This document shows, piece by piece, positions 48,751 to 57,939 of a stretch of DNA of 64,000 nucleotides. Below the pieces are notes generated by a model. It ran no database searches. It was not told the origin of the DNA and was given only the letters and a program-made list of their open reading frames with translations. The translations under genes were made by a program, and so were the position numbers. How positions within the stretch are numbered: position 1 is the first letter of the stretch; the number at the start of each line of letters is the position of its first letter. The stretch covers positions 352,001 to 416,000 of the forward strand of contig OZ242186.1 of assembly GCA_965205675.1 (NCBI GenBank), given 5' to 3'. The stretch comes from Nitrosopumilus sp. (GTDB lineage: Archaea; Thermoproteota; Nitrososphaeria; Nitrososphaerales; Nitrosopumilaceae).

Positions 48751-48813
48751 AGGTAGTAGTCCAACCAAGTAAAAATCTTGCAGGAGGTTTACATTGGTCA
48801 GACGGTCCTACCT
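48751..48813 (-). ncRNA. Candidate structured small RNA or long hairpin
   Basis: Nested helices AGGTAG/CTACCT, GTCTGACCAA/TTGGTTGGAC (with G-U pairs), GTAAA/TTTAC; GC-enriched relative to flanks. Confidence 0.4.
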
Positions 48814-48872
48814 AAATTTAATATAAATCAGTAATATTTAACATAATTTTCCCAAAAAGAGTTCAAGCCAGA

Positions 48873-49076
48873 ATGTTTTTTATATTGATTAAAAAGAACA
48901 AAAACACTTTGGGAGGGAAAGAAAAATGTACTATTTGTAATGAAACAGTTAGATTTCGTTTTAAAGCGATGGAAGAGTGGAAAATACAAGGTACATTATG
49001 TGGAAAATGTTATTCAAAAAAAGTTAATGAACACTATCCTGGAGAACATACTAGAGTAAACAAAGAATTAGATTGA
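48873..49076 (+). CDS. Small zinc-finger protein
   Basis: CTIC...LCGKCY; start probably the internal TTG (LGGKEK). Confidence 0.75.
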   Translation: MFFILIKKNKNTLGGKEKCTICNETVRFRFKAMEEWKIQGTLCGKCYSKKVNEHYPGEHTRVNKELD

Positions 49077-49078
49077 TC

Positions 49079-49660
49079 TCATTTTAATTTTGAAAGCTTG
49101 TTCACATTAATACAATTCCAAACTAAAGGATCATCTTTAACATTCTTTTCTTCTAAAAATTTAATGTCTGTGATTATTTTTTTCTTTTTTAATAAATTAA
49201 CCTGAAAACTAGAAAATCTCTTGCACTCACATTTGTTGAATAAACAGACATCATTATCGCCTTCATCATGATCTTGAGCTTCATGACTACAATTACACAC
49301 TTCATTTTTTTTTACATCATCCAGAAATTTTTCTGCATATACACCTAATCGTAAATATGCTTCTCCTTCATGACCTTTTTTGAATCGTTCATAGTTTTCA
49401 GATTTTGACAATTCTTTGAAAAAAGATAGATTCGTATCAGGTTTCTGTGAATCTGAACCCATGATAAACCAATATTTGTCATCAATTTCTAAAAATCTAA
49501 TTTTGATTGAAGGATCTACCCATAAATGAATTGTATCATGCCAAAGAAATGCCGCTTCTTTTCTGTCAGTAAATAATGGGACAACATTCATTCTAAGATC
49601 ATAGTATCTATACGCAACACCTACAAAGTCATCAAACCAAGGAATCGGCGATGAAGACAT
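49079..49660 (-). CDS. Hypothetical protein with C-terminal Cys/His cluster
   Basis: CNCSH..DH....C...CECKRF. Confidence 0.75.
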   Translation of the reverse strand: MSSSPIPWFDDFVGVAYRYYDLRMNVVPLFTDRKEAAFLWHDTIHLWVDPSIKIRFLEIDDKYWFIMGSDSQKPDTNLSFFKELSKSENYERFKKGHEGEAYLRLGVYAEKFLDDVKKNEVCNCSHEAQDHDEGDNDVCLFNKCECKRFSSFQVNLLKKKKIITDIKFLEEKNVKDDPLVWNCINVNKLSKLK

Positions 49661-49743
49661 TGCACGGAAATCCTGTTGGAGGTTATTTATCTGATCTGAA
49701 TCAGTGGTAATACCCTTATATCACAGTTTTATACTGAACACAT

Positions 49744-50022
49744 ATGGCCTATAGAACCAGTATGCAAATTGTAGCAGATTTACTAAATGCTACTCAACAA
49801 TCGGGTCAAGAAGGCATCAAAACCACATCACTTCTTACAAAGGCAAATCTGTCCCATTCCAGATTATCTAAATTCTTGGATAATTTGACAGGAGCAGGTT
49901 TAATCAACAAAGTAGAATTTGATGGCAAGAATACTTTTGTGATAACTTCAAAAGGTAGACAATATTTGGATTCTTATCTAAATTTTTCCAGTATTGCAGA
50001 ATCATTTGGACTAGAGCTTTAA
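49744..50022 (+). CDS. Winged-helix transcriptional regulator, paralog of 42476-42763
   Basis: YRTSMQIVADLL..KANLSHSRL..GRQYL..FGLEL. Confidence 0.85.
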   Translation: MAYRTSMQIVADLLNATQQSGQEGIKTTSLLTKANLSHSRLSKFLDNLTGAGLINKVEFDGKNTFVITSKGRQYLDSYLNFSSIAESFGLEL

Positions 50023-50025
50023 ACT

Positions 50026-50238
50026 TTATTTTCTTGATCTTCTTTTTGCATTAGCTTTTTGTCGTTCTTTTCTTTCTGTGTATGAGTTATAGACAAAAAT
50101 GATTATAATTCCTGCTATGGCAGCATAAAATAGTGGAATAAGAGGAGGATCACGGAATTCTCCAGATGAAGGTTCAACAAATGCGATTGGAATAGTTACA
50201 ACCATAAAAACCAAAACTATTACTAGATATTTATCCAC
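50026..50238 (-). CDS. Small membrane protein
   Basis: Two TM helices and a basic tail. Confidence 0.7.
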   Translation of the reverse strand: MDKYLVIVLVFMVVTIPIAFVEPSSGEFRDPPLIPLFYAAIAGIIIIFVYNSYTERKERQKANAKRRSRK

Positions 50239-50298
50239 AAATTACTTGGTTTACAAAACCATATATCTTTTTGATTTAAGAATCAGCAGGAACAGAAT

Positions 50299-50487
50299 AT
50301 GGTCAAAATACTTGAAATGATGGGATTAGTTCTTGTTGCAATCATGACATTGGCTTTTGTAGGCTTATTTGAATCATATGGAATAAAAAATGGAACATCT
50401 GAATTATTTTGGGGATGTGCAGGTGCAACACTTATGATAATTATCTATAGAAAGATGAAAAATAAGAAAGAAGAAAAAGAAAGTTAA
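50299..50487 (+). CDS. Small membrane protein
   Basis: Two TM helices and a charged tail. Confidence 0.55.
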   Translation: MVKILEMMGLVLVAIMTLAFVGLFESYGIKNGTSELFWGCAGATLMIIIYRKMKNKKEEKES

Positions 50488-50692
50488 GAAAAATTTAGAA
50501 ATTGTAAGCAAGTGATCAATTGTTAATCAACCGGCAGATCTATAAAGGACATTTCCAAGGAAATGGTAAGGGAAGTATTTGACAGAACAAACAAAACAAT
50601 GGTGGGAAGGTCTAGGAAAAGAACTAGAAACAGACATTGAAACCTTCAATGAATCACAATAATTATCTATAGATATTTTTAAAAAATTAGCA

Positions 50693-50766
50693 AGCCTTGA
50701 ACGGGATACGAGCCCGCGACCTAACGCTTACGAGGCGTTCGCTCTACCAGGCTGAGCTACCAAGGC
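50693..50766 (-). tRNA. tRNA-Thr(CGT)
   Basis: GCCTTGG/TCAAGGC acceptor, TAGCTCAGCCTGGTAGAGC D-arm, AACGC-CTCGTAA-GCGTT anticodon arm; T-loop CTCGTAT is atypical. Confidence 0.92.
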
Positions 50767-50819
50767 ACGTTTGGATAAATCCATCAGAGTTAATAAAAAG
50801 CCTTTCCGAAATGGATTAA

Positions 50820-52118
50820 ATGAAAAAAACAATTTCGGGCATTAGGGGAATATTTGGAGAGGATCTTAATCTAAAAGATGTATTAGAGTTTTGTAATAAT
50901 TTTTCATCATTAATAGAATCAAAAAAATGTGTGATTGGTAAAGATACTAGACCATCAGGTCAGATGGTAAAAGACACTGCGAGTGCCATATTAATGAAAA
51001 ATGGAATAGATGTTTTTAATTTAGAAACAGTTCCAACACCAGTAGTTTTTAGAGAATCAAGAAACTATGGTGCAGGATTGATAATTTCCTCATCACATAA
51101 TCCATTAGAGTGGAATGGAATGAAATTCATCATTGATGGAAGAGGAATTAATGAACATGAACTTCCTCAAATTATCCAACATCAAGAAATTTTAAAAACA
51201 AAAACTGGTATTGAGTCAGATATATCTACATCGTACATTGAAGATGCAAAAAAAATCATAGGAGATATAGAAAATAAACCCGAAATTGTGGTAGACATTG
51301 GAGGCGGAGCTGTCAAAGGTTTTGCCCCAGAATTACTAAAGGAAGTAGGATGTAATGTCAAAGTTATCAATGAAGATATTTCTACATGTACAAGAGGTCC
51401 TGATCCAACATCAGATAATTTGTCAGAATTAGTCACTGCAACCAATAAGAAAGGTATTGGATTTGCATTTGATTTGGACGGAGATCGATTAGTTGTAGTT
51501 AAAGATGGAAAAAAACAAGCGCCAGATGTTACTCTTGGTTTAGGTGTTGCAAGATCATTAGAATTAGGATACAAAAAATTTATTCTTAGTATAGATACCA
51601 GTATTTCAGTTGAAAAATTCATTAAAGAAAAAGGTGGGACAGTTCAAAGATCCAAAGTGGGAGAAGCCAATGTGATAGATCTTATGTTAAAAAATGATGT
51701 ACAAGCAGGCGGAGAAGGAAGTAGTGGAGGTTTTATTTTACCTGAATTCAATTATTGTAGAGAAGGAATTCTTACCAGTGGTTTAATTGCGTCTATGTTA
51801 GAAACTCCAGAATTTACAGAAATTTTGAATCATATGGAAAATTATAATCAACTTAGAGATAAAACTGAAATTGGTTCAGATTTCCACGATAAAGTTATTG
51901 AAGAAATAAAATCTAAATTTTCTAAAGACTACTCCGAAGTAATTACAATGGATGGAATTAAAGGAATCATTGATGAAGATAACTGGGTGTTAATTAGAAA
52001 ATCAAATACGGAAGATATCATTAGAGTTTCAGCAGAATCAAACAACAAAAAAAAATGTAAAAAAATTGTAAAAGATACATTAGAATTGGTGAATCAAAGT
52101 TATGAAAAAGTTAAATGA
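50820..52118 (+). CDS. Phosphomannomutase/phosphoglucosamine mutase family enzyme
   Basis: SGIRG, DTRPS, SSHNP, FDLDGDR, GGEGS, RKSNTE. Confidence 0.92.
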   Translation: MKKTISGIRGIFGEDLNLKDVLEFCNNFSSLIESKKCVIGKDTRPSGQMVKDTASAILMKNGIDVFNLETVPTPVVFRESRNYGAGLIISSSHNPLEWNGMKFIIDGRGINEHELPQIIQHQEILKTKTGIESDISTSYIEDAKKIIGDIENKPEIVVDIGGGAVKGFAPELLKEVGCNVKVINEDISTCTRGPDPTSDNLSELVTATNKKGIGFAFDLDGDRLVVVKDGKKQAPDVTLGLGVARSLELGYKKFILSIDTSISVEKFIKEKGGTVQRSKVGEANVIDLMLKNDVQAGGEGSSGGFILPEFNYCREGILTSGLIASMLETPEFTEILNHMENYNQLRDKTEIGSDFHDKVIEEIKSKFSKDYSEVITMDGIKGIIDEDNWVLIRKSNTEDIIRVSAESNNKKKCKKIVKDTLELVNQSYEKVK

Positions 52119-53052
52119 AACGACAATAATTGAAATTTTTCAAAAAGGATTGAATAAAAAAACAATGAATTCCGAGGATGTGGAAATTTTTAATTCTAAT
52201 AAAATGAAAATTGTTGTCAAAACGGACACATTAGTAGAGAGTACCGATATCCCATCAAAAATGAAATTAACTGATGCTGCAAGAAAAAGTGTTGTAGCAT
52301 GTGTTAGTGATTTTGCTTCAAAAGGAGTCAAACCAAAATATGGAATAATTTCAATTAATCTACCAAAGACAATTTTACGCTCAAAAATCAATGAAATTGT
52401 TTCAGGATTTAGAAAAGCTTGTGTTGAATTTGATATTTCAATTTTAGGTGGAGACACTAATGAAGGAAAAGAGATCGTCTTCAATGTGTGCTTGTTTGGA
52501 ATCGCAAATAACATAGTAACCAGAAAAGATTCTAAAAAAGGTGATCTAATCTTTGTAACAGGTCCATTTGGATATACATCTGCAGGATTGAATATGCTTC
52601 TTGTAAAGAAAAAAGGCAAACCATCTTTTATTAAAAAAGCTGTAAACTCAGTCATTAAACCAAAATCACGACTCAATTTTGGTGTAAAAAATAAAAAATA
52701 CTTTTCGTCTGCAATGGATTCAAGTGACGGGTTATCAACTACATTAAATGAAATGTCTAAACAAAGCAAAAAAAAATTTATTATAAATAATATTCCCGCT
52801 TTGAAAGATTTGAAAGATTTTGTTAAAGACTATAAATTAAATTTAAATGATCTTGTGTTTAATGGTGGAGAAGAATATGAGTTCGTATTCACAATACCTT
52901 CCAAATATAAAAAAAACATAGAAAGGAATGCCGTATTATTAAAAACACCAATTTTAGAAATTGGCCATGTTACTTCAGGTACAGGTGTATATGTTGAAAA
53001 AAATGATGATTTAGTTCGTTTGAAAGATTTAGGTTGGAAACATTTTAGATAG
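52102..53052 (+). CDS. thiL: Thiamine-monophosphate kinase
   Basis: TDTLVE, SDFASKG, GGDT, MDSSDGL, GGEEYE, GWKHF. Confidence 0.93.
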   Translation: MKKLNETTIIEIFQKGLNKKTMNSEDVEIFNSNKMKIVVKTDTLVESTDIPSKMKLTDAARKSVVACVSDFASKGVKPKYGIISINLPKTILRSKINEIVSGFRKACVEFDISILGGDTNEGKEIVFNVCLFGIANNIVTRKDSKKGDLIFVTGPFGYTSAGLNMLLVKKKGKPSFIKKAVNSVIKPKSRLNFGVKNKKYFSSAMDSSDGLSTTLNEMSKQSKKKFIINNIPALKDLKDFVKDYKLNLNDLVFNGGEEYEFVFTIPSKYKKNIERNAVLLKTPILEIGHVTSGTGVYVEKNDDLVRLKDLGWKHFR

Positions 53053-53373
53053 TTATTCACCAGAAGAGAAATCTCTTTCAACATTGTTTATAATACTAAA
53101 AAGCGATTCAGCAGACAACACATTAACACATTCAGTAATCCATAATTCATCTAGATGCATCAAACGTTTAAAAGCACTATTTGGAAGTTCATCAGGACTC
53201 GAATTAGGATAAAGTGCATGAATCTTATATCCTTCATTAGCAATATGTTGACAATTTTTTTCTTGAGAAGATAAATCCGTATCACCGATCGGTGTTAAGA
53301 AATGAATTGTTACTGAGGCCATTAAAGCTCCTGCAACTACTATTCCAATTGCCAAAAATAGAACTGACGTCAT
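53053..53373 (-). CDS. Hypothetical membrane-anchored protein
   Basis: N-terminal TM helix and two Cys. Confidence 0.65.
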   Translation of the reverse strand: MTSVLFLAIGIVVAGALMASVTIHFLTPIGDTDLSSQEKNCQHIANEGYKIHALYPNSSPDELPNSAFKRLMHLDELWITECVNVLSAESLFSIINNVERDFSSGE

Positions 53374-53608
53374 TTAATGCAATCAGATGAAGATAATATA
53401 TGAACAGTATTGATTTAGAGCCACATACTCAAAATAAGGCAAATTTGAAAAATCAGTGCTTTTAAAGAGAAATATTGAATTTCTATGCTGATACATTTAT
53501 TGTAAATGAAAATGGCACCAAAATAGAAGCACCAAAAGTTAATAGCAAATGGGAGATAATTTCAGAGAAAAAACCAATTACATTAAATGTACCTGGAAAA
53601 TATCTATC

Positions 53609-54506
53609 CAACTCATCTCAAAACCCTACATCCAACTCATCCCAATACTCTCCAATACATCAGAATTGATGTCAAGTAAACAGGTCCCAGATAATTCTCG
53701 CAATTCTTTTCATGTCTTATTGCTGTTCTTGCAGAATCCACATTTGAGTCATGCAAAGAATCTCTCCACGATATAACGAATCTTGTTATATTTTTTGTAT
53801 GATCTATTTTTTGTTGCTCCATCATTATTTTTTCTAAATAGAATACCTGGATTGATGTTTCTGTCTCTCAAATAATTTCTAATTGATTTTGCATCATAAC
53901 CTTTGTCTGCATAAACTGAAACAATTTCCCTCATCATCTACAAAATCAGAGATGTTTTCTATTACATCAACTAATTTTGTGGAATCATGGATATTTGCAG
54001 AACCCATCACAATAGATATCGGTAAACCGTTTTGTTCTACTGCAACATGAATTTTTGTGTCTGTAATCTTTTTGAAACCATCTCTTCTTATATCGTTACC
54101 TCTTTTTTGCAGCAACACTTGAGGAGTCAACTGATACTTTTTGTAAATTAGTCTTGTCAGATGAGTGAGTTGGTTTTATTGCAGATTTTAGAATATTTCA
54201 TCCAAATTCTTTTTTGTTGTCATCTGTTTAATCTTTTATTTGCAGCAGAATCATCACCATACTTTTTTGGCAGTTCTTCCCATCTATATTCACCAGTAGT
54301 TAGGACGTAGATTTTTCCATTGATGATTTTTCTATCTTCATCTCTTAGTCTATACCTGTTTTTGCAGATGAAGGAACATGTGGTTCTGATACTTCCATTG
54401 TTTGTTTGTCAATTCTTGATATTTTACGGACTAACTTGACTGTGATTGTTCATAGATCCAAATGTTCATCAATTATTCACTAAATGATCTGTTTTGAGAT
54501 GAGTTG
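53609..54506 (-). mobile_element. IS5-family element, transposase pseudogene
   Basis: Perfect 16-bp TIR CAACTCATCTCAAAAC / GTTTTGAGATGAGTTG; fragments LTNKQWK, YVLTTG..WEELPKKYG, TKIHVAV..GLP..ANIHDS, YADKGYD, RYIVERFFA with many frameshifts. Confidence 0.9.
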
Positions 54507-54675
54507 AACATATGTTAAAGTCATTTCACAGGATTAGATAGTTTATAATGCTGAATGTTTTAATTGGCAAATTGCAATCTTTATTGCATTAGAAATTTAG
54601 TGGGGTAATAAAGACTGTCATCGTAAAAGGGAAATAACTCAATGTATTTTAAACCCTTTGAGGTCTGAGTAGACA

Positions 54676-55227
54676 TTGTCAGAAGTTGAAGCTGAGGTAA
54701 AAGCAGTCGAAGAAACAGAAGCTATAGTAGAAGATACAGAAGCTATAGTAGAAGATACAGAAACTATAGTAGAAGAGACCAAAAAGGTTGAATCAAAAGT
54801 TGTAGTCGAATCAAAACCTCAATCAGAAACCAAAAAAGAAGATCCTGAAAAATGGGGAATTGCTCACATTTACAGTAGTTATAATAATACAATCATTCAC
54901 ATGACGGACCTTACTGGTGGAGAAACAGTATCCATTAGTTCTGGTGGAATTCATGTAAATGCGGATAGATACGAATCATCACCATTTGCTGCAATGAAAG
55001 CTGCAAATGCCGTTGTTGAATCTGCAAGAACCAAAGGATTTACAGGATTTCATATTAGAGTTAGAGCAGTAGGCGGAGTTGGTTCCAGAGTACCTGGTCC
55101 CGGTGCACAAGCTGCAATTAGAGCATTAGCAAGAGGCGGATTCAAAATTGGAAGAATCGACGATGTAACACCAATTCCTCATGACACCACCAGAAAGAAA
55201 GGTGGTAAAAGAGGAAGAAGAGTCTAG
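54676..55227 (+). CDS. rps11: 30S ribosomal protein S11 with acidic N-terminal extension
   Basis: [40 protein letters not shown]. Confidence 0.97.
   Translation: MSEVEAEVKAVEETEAIVEDTEAIVEDTETIVEETKKVESKVVVESKPQSETKKEDPEKWGIAHIYSSYNNTIIHMTDLTGGETVSISSGGIHVNADRYESSPFAAMKAANAVVESARTKGFTGFHIRVRAVGGVGSRVPGPGAQAAIRALARGGFKIGRIDDVTPIPHDTTRKKGGKRGRRV
54715..54776 (+). repeat. 21-bp tandem repeat x3 encoding TEAIVED
   Basis: ACAGAAGCTATAGTAGAAGAT units; third unit has one substitution. Confidence 0.92.
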
Positions 55228-55535
55228 GCAGAAATTTTTATTTTAACATCACAGCCTTTAGAAGTAAAATAATCAGTCATAAATTTTGCAAATTTTTCTG
55301 TCTGATCAGTTCCTTGATATTTTGTAATCATATCAGAAAACTTTTCTTCTATTCCATTTTGTAAATTTGGTTTAAATGTCATTTTAAAAAATGTCCATCC
55401 AAATTTTGAGGAAATCTCACTGAGAATATATCCATTATGACCACATACAAGACTTTCCATGTGTGATAGTGCCTTTTTAATTAATAACAAATCATCGGCG
55501 TAATTTTTTGTTCCTATTTCTAAAACAATATTCAT
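55224..55535 (-). CDS. Hypothetical protein
   Basis: Overlaps the upstream gene by 4 nt in the rtcB cluster. Confidence 0.75.
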   Translation of the reverse strand: MNIVLEIGTKNYADDLLLIKKALSHMESLVCGHNGYILSEISSKFGWTFFKMTFKPNLQNGIEEKFSDMITKYQGTDQTEKFAKFMTDYFTSKGCDVKIKISA

Positions 55536-55948
55536 TGTTCATCATCATCGTTAGTAGATTGAGTACTAAGTTTATCACTTAGAGATACAAATTTGCCATC
55601 TTGTTCAACATTGATTTTTGTTGCCATTCTAACATCAAGTCCAACTGATCTAAACAATGTTAGTAATTTCCCTCCATCAATACTTTCATTAATTTCTCCA
55701 GTTTTAATTAATTCAGATAATTTTATTATGATCATTTTAGTTTCAGTGGGGAATTGAAATTCTGCATTTTCTAAAACTTCAATTCCTCTAAATCCAAGTA
55801 TTTTTACAAGTAAGTCTCTAGGGTTTTCAGTTATTTCTTTGACAGGCTCTGGTGTTGTTGATGTCTCTTGTTTTGTTGAAATGTTCTTTTGCATTTCGGC
55901 AAATCGTTTTGCCTTTAATCTCTCAAGTTCAGAATCTTCTTCGCTCAA
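55532..55948 (-). CDS. PDCD5-like DNA-binding protein
   Basis: ELERLKAKRFAEMQ...L..LI..GEI...ID...L. Confidence 0.7.
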   Translation of the reverse strand: MSEEDSELERLKAKRFAEMQKNISTKQETSTTPEPVKEITENPRDLLVKILGFRGIEVLENAEFQFPTETKMIIIKLSELIKTGEINESIDGGKLLTLFRSVGLDVRMATKINVEQDGKFVSLSDKLSTQSTNDDDEQ

Positions 55949-57393
55949 CCTTTAATCACACCAATAGGCACTAACTTTGCTACTTTTGTGGCAATTCCTA
56001 AATTATGAGATACGTTAACTACAGAGTCAACATCTTTGTAGGCTTGAGGAGTTTCTTCTACAACACCATCTCGAGTTAATGCTTTGATAAATATGCCCTT
56101 ATCATTAAGTGACTTTTTTACCTCATCTTCAGTGTAATTTCTCCTAGCCTTAGATCTGGACATCGTTCTTCCTGCACCATGAGCAGTAGAACCAAAACTC
56201 AAATCCATGGAATTTGGCTGACCCAATAAAATCCAGCTTGCAGTACCCATAGAACCAGGAACTAGAACAGGTTGTCCAAGATCTCTATATTTTAAGGGGA
56301 CTTCATTACGATTTGCAGGAAATGCTCTTGTAGCGCCTTTTCGATGAACAACCAAATTACGATCTTGACCATCAACTTTGTGTTTTTCTACTTTAGCAAT
56401 ATTGTGAGCAACATCATACACTAATTTCATATCAAGATCAGATGCAGATTGGTTAAACACACGTTGAAATGAATTCCTTGTCCAATGAGTTAGCATTTGT
56501 CTATTACTCCATGCAAAATTCAATGCAGAAAACATAGCTTTTCTATATGATTCACCTTCTTCAGAATTATTTGGAACACATGCAAGTTCTCTATCAGGTA
56601 AATTGACATCATATTTTTCCATAGCTTGTTCTGATACTCTAAGATAATCACTACACACTTGATGTCCAAAACCACGAGAACCACAATGAATTAAAATTGT
56701 GATTGTTCCTTCTTTAATTCCCATTCTCTTAGCGGCTTCTTCATCATGTATTTCCGCAACTTTTTGAACTTCAAGGAAATGATTTCCAGAACCCAAACTT
56801 CCTAATTGAGGAGCACCTCTTTTTCTTGCTTTGTCTGAAACTTTATTTGGATCAGCATTTTGGATTTGCCCATTTTCTTCACATACATCAGAGTCATCAG
56901 AATAACCATAACCATTATCTATTGCCCAGTTAACTCCTTTTACCAAAACTTCATCAAGTTCTGAATGAGTAAGTTTGACTGTACCTTTAGAACCTACACC
57001 AGAAGGAATAGAGCTAAAAAGATCAGTGACAAGTTCTTTTAGTTTTGGACGAACTGTTTGTTCTGTTAAATTTGAACGAAGTAAACGTACTCCACAATTA
57101 ATATCATAACCAACACCACCAGGACTAATCATCCCTTCTTCAGCATCCATAGCTGCAACTCCGCCTACAGGAAATCCATAACCTTCATGTCCATCTGGCA
57201 ATACAACACTATGTCCTACTATACCAGGAATCGAAGCAACATTTCGTGCCTGCATAATAGTTCTATCTGATAGCATCTTCTGCATCAATGGCTCATCAGC
57301 ATAAATCCTCACCGGTACTTTCATTCCAAGATTAGAATCAGCGTCAATTTGGTATTGGTTTTCACCAATTTTTCTAGGATTTGTAGAAGACAC
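55945..57393 (-). CDS. rtcB: tRNA-splicing ligase RtcB
   Basis: PDGHEGYGFPVGG, GYDINCG, SGNHFLE, HCGSRG, HRKGAT, PGSMG, HGAGR. Confidence 0.98.
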   Translation of the reverse strand: MSSTNPRKIGENQYQIDADSNLGMKVPVRIYADEPLMQKMLSDRTIMQARNVASIPGIVGHSVVLPDGHEGYGFPVGGVAAMDAEEGMISPGGVGYDINCGVRLLRSNLTEQTVRPKLKELVTDLFSSIPSGVGSKGTVKLTHSELDEVLVKGVNWAIDNGYGYSDDSDVCEENGQIQNADPNKVSDKARKRGAPQLGSLGSGNHFLEVQKVAEIHDEEAAKRMGIKEGTITILIHCGSRGFGHQVCSDYLRVSEQAMEKYDVNLPDRELACVPNNSEEGESYRKAMFSALNFAWSNRQMLTHWTRNSFQRVFNQSASDLDMKLVYDVAHNIAKVEKHKVDGQDRNLVVHRKGATRAFPANRNEVPLKYRDLGQPVLVPGSMGTASWILLGQPNSMDLSFGSTAHGAGRTMSRSKARRNYTEDEVKKSLNDKGIFIKALTRDGVVEETPQAYKDVDSVVNVSHNLGIATKVAKLVPIGVIKG

Positions 57394-57482
57394 AAGTATC
57401 GGTAAAAATTCCTTTCAATCTAATTTAAATCATCAGGAGATTTATAAAATAATTTTAAATTAATCAAGATTAATTCTAAAAT

Positions 57483-57638
57483 ATGTTAGATGAAGCAACA
57501 ATCACACAAAAAGCAAATCAATTACTTGTGGAATTAAGATCAAGTCCGGACTGGGCAATCGACGAAAAAAATTTCAAACAAGGATATTTCAAAGCTTTAG
57601 AGTGGGTTTTACAAGATACAGGAATTATAGAACGATAG
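57483..57638 (+). CDS. 51-aa hypothetical protein
   Basis: Hand translation MLDEATITQKANQLLVELRSSPDWAIDEKNFKQGYFKALEWVLQDTGIIER*; absent from the ORF track. Confidence 0.55.
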   Translation: MLDEATITQKANQLLVELRSSPDWAIDEKNFKQGYFKALEWVLQDTGIIER

Positions 57639-57707
57639 TTTTGATTAATAAAAATCAAATATTATGTTAATGAAACAACTTATCTATGATCAAATAATTT
57701 CATATGT

Positions 57708-57908
57708 ATGGTAAGAGGAAAGATTGCTGAAAAAGAGAAAGAACAACAACAAAAAGAACAAAAACTTAGAGCAGATGCTTCTCGTGCTGCAAGAAGAAGT
57801 GGAAAACCTCTTAAAAAAGAAGGAAAAGTTAGTAAGACTAGAGCAAAAACAAAAGAAGTTAGATCCTCAAAGAAAACTGCTGCAGTGAAAAAGAGAACAA
57901 GAAGTTAG
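57708..57908 (+). CDS. Small highly basic protein
   Basis: Lys/Arg-rich 66 aa; CTTATCTA TATA-like box about 25 nt upstream. Confidence 0.7.
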   Translation: MVRGKIAEKEKEQQQKEQKLRADASRAARRSGKPLKKEGKVSKTRAKTKEVRSSKKTAAVKKRTRS

Positions 57909-57939
57909 ATTTATGTACAAAGTATAAAGAATAGAAACA

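Noticed and set aside
51182-53084. Long minus-strand ORFs opposite the phosphomutase and thiL genes
   Set aside because: No recognisable motifs; fully antisense to well-supported genes
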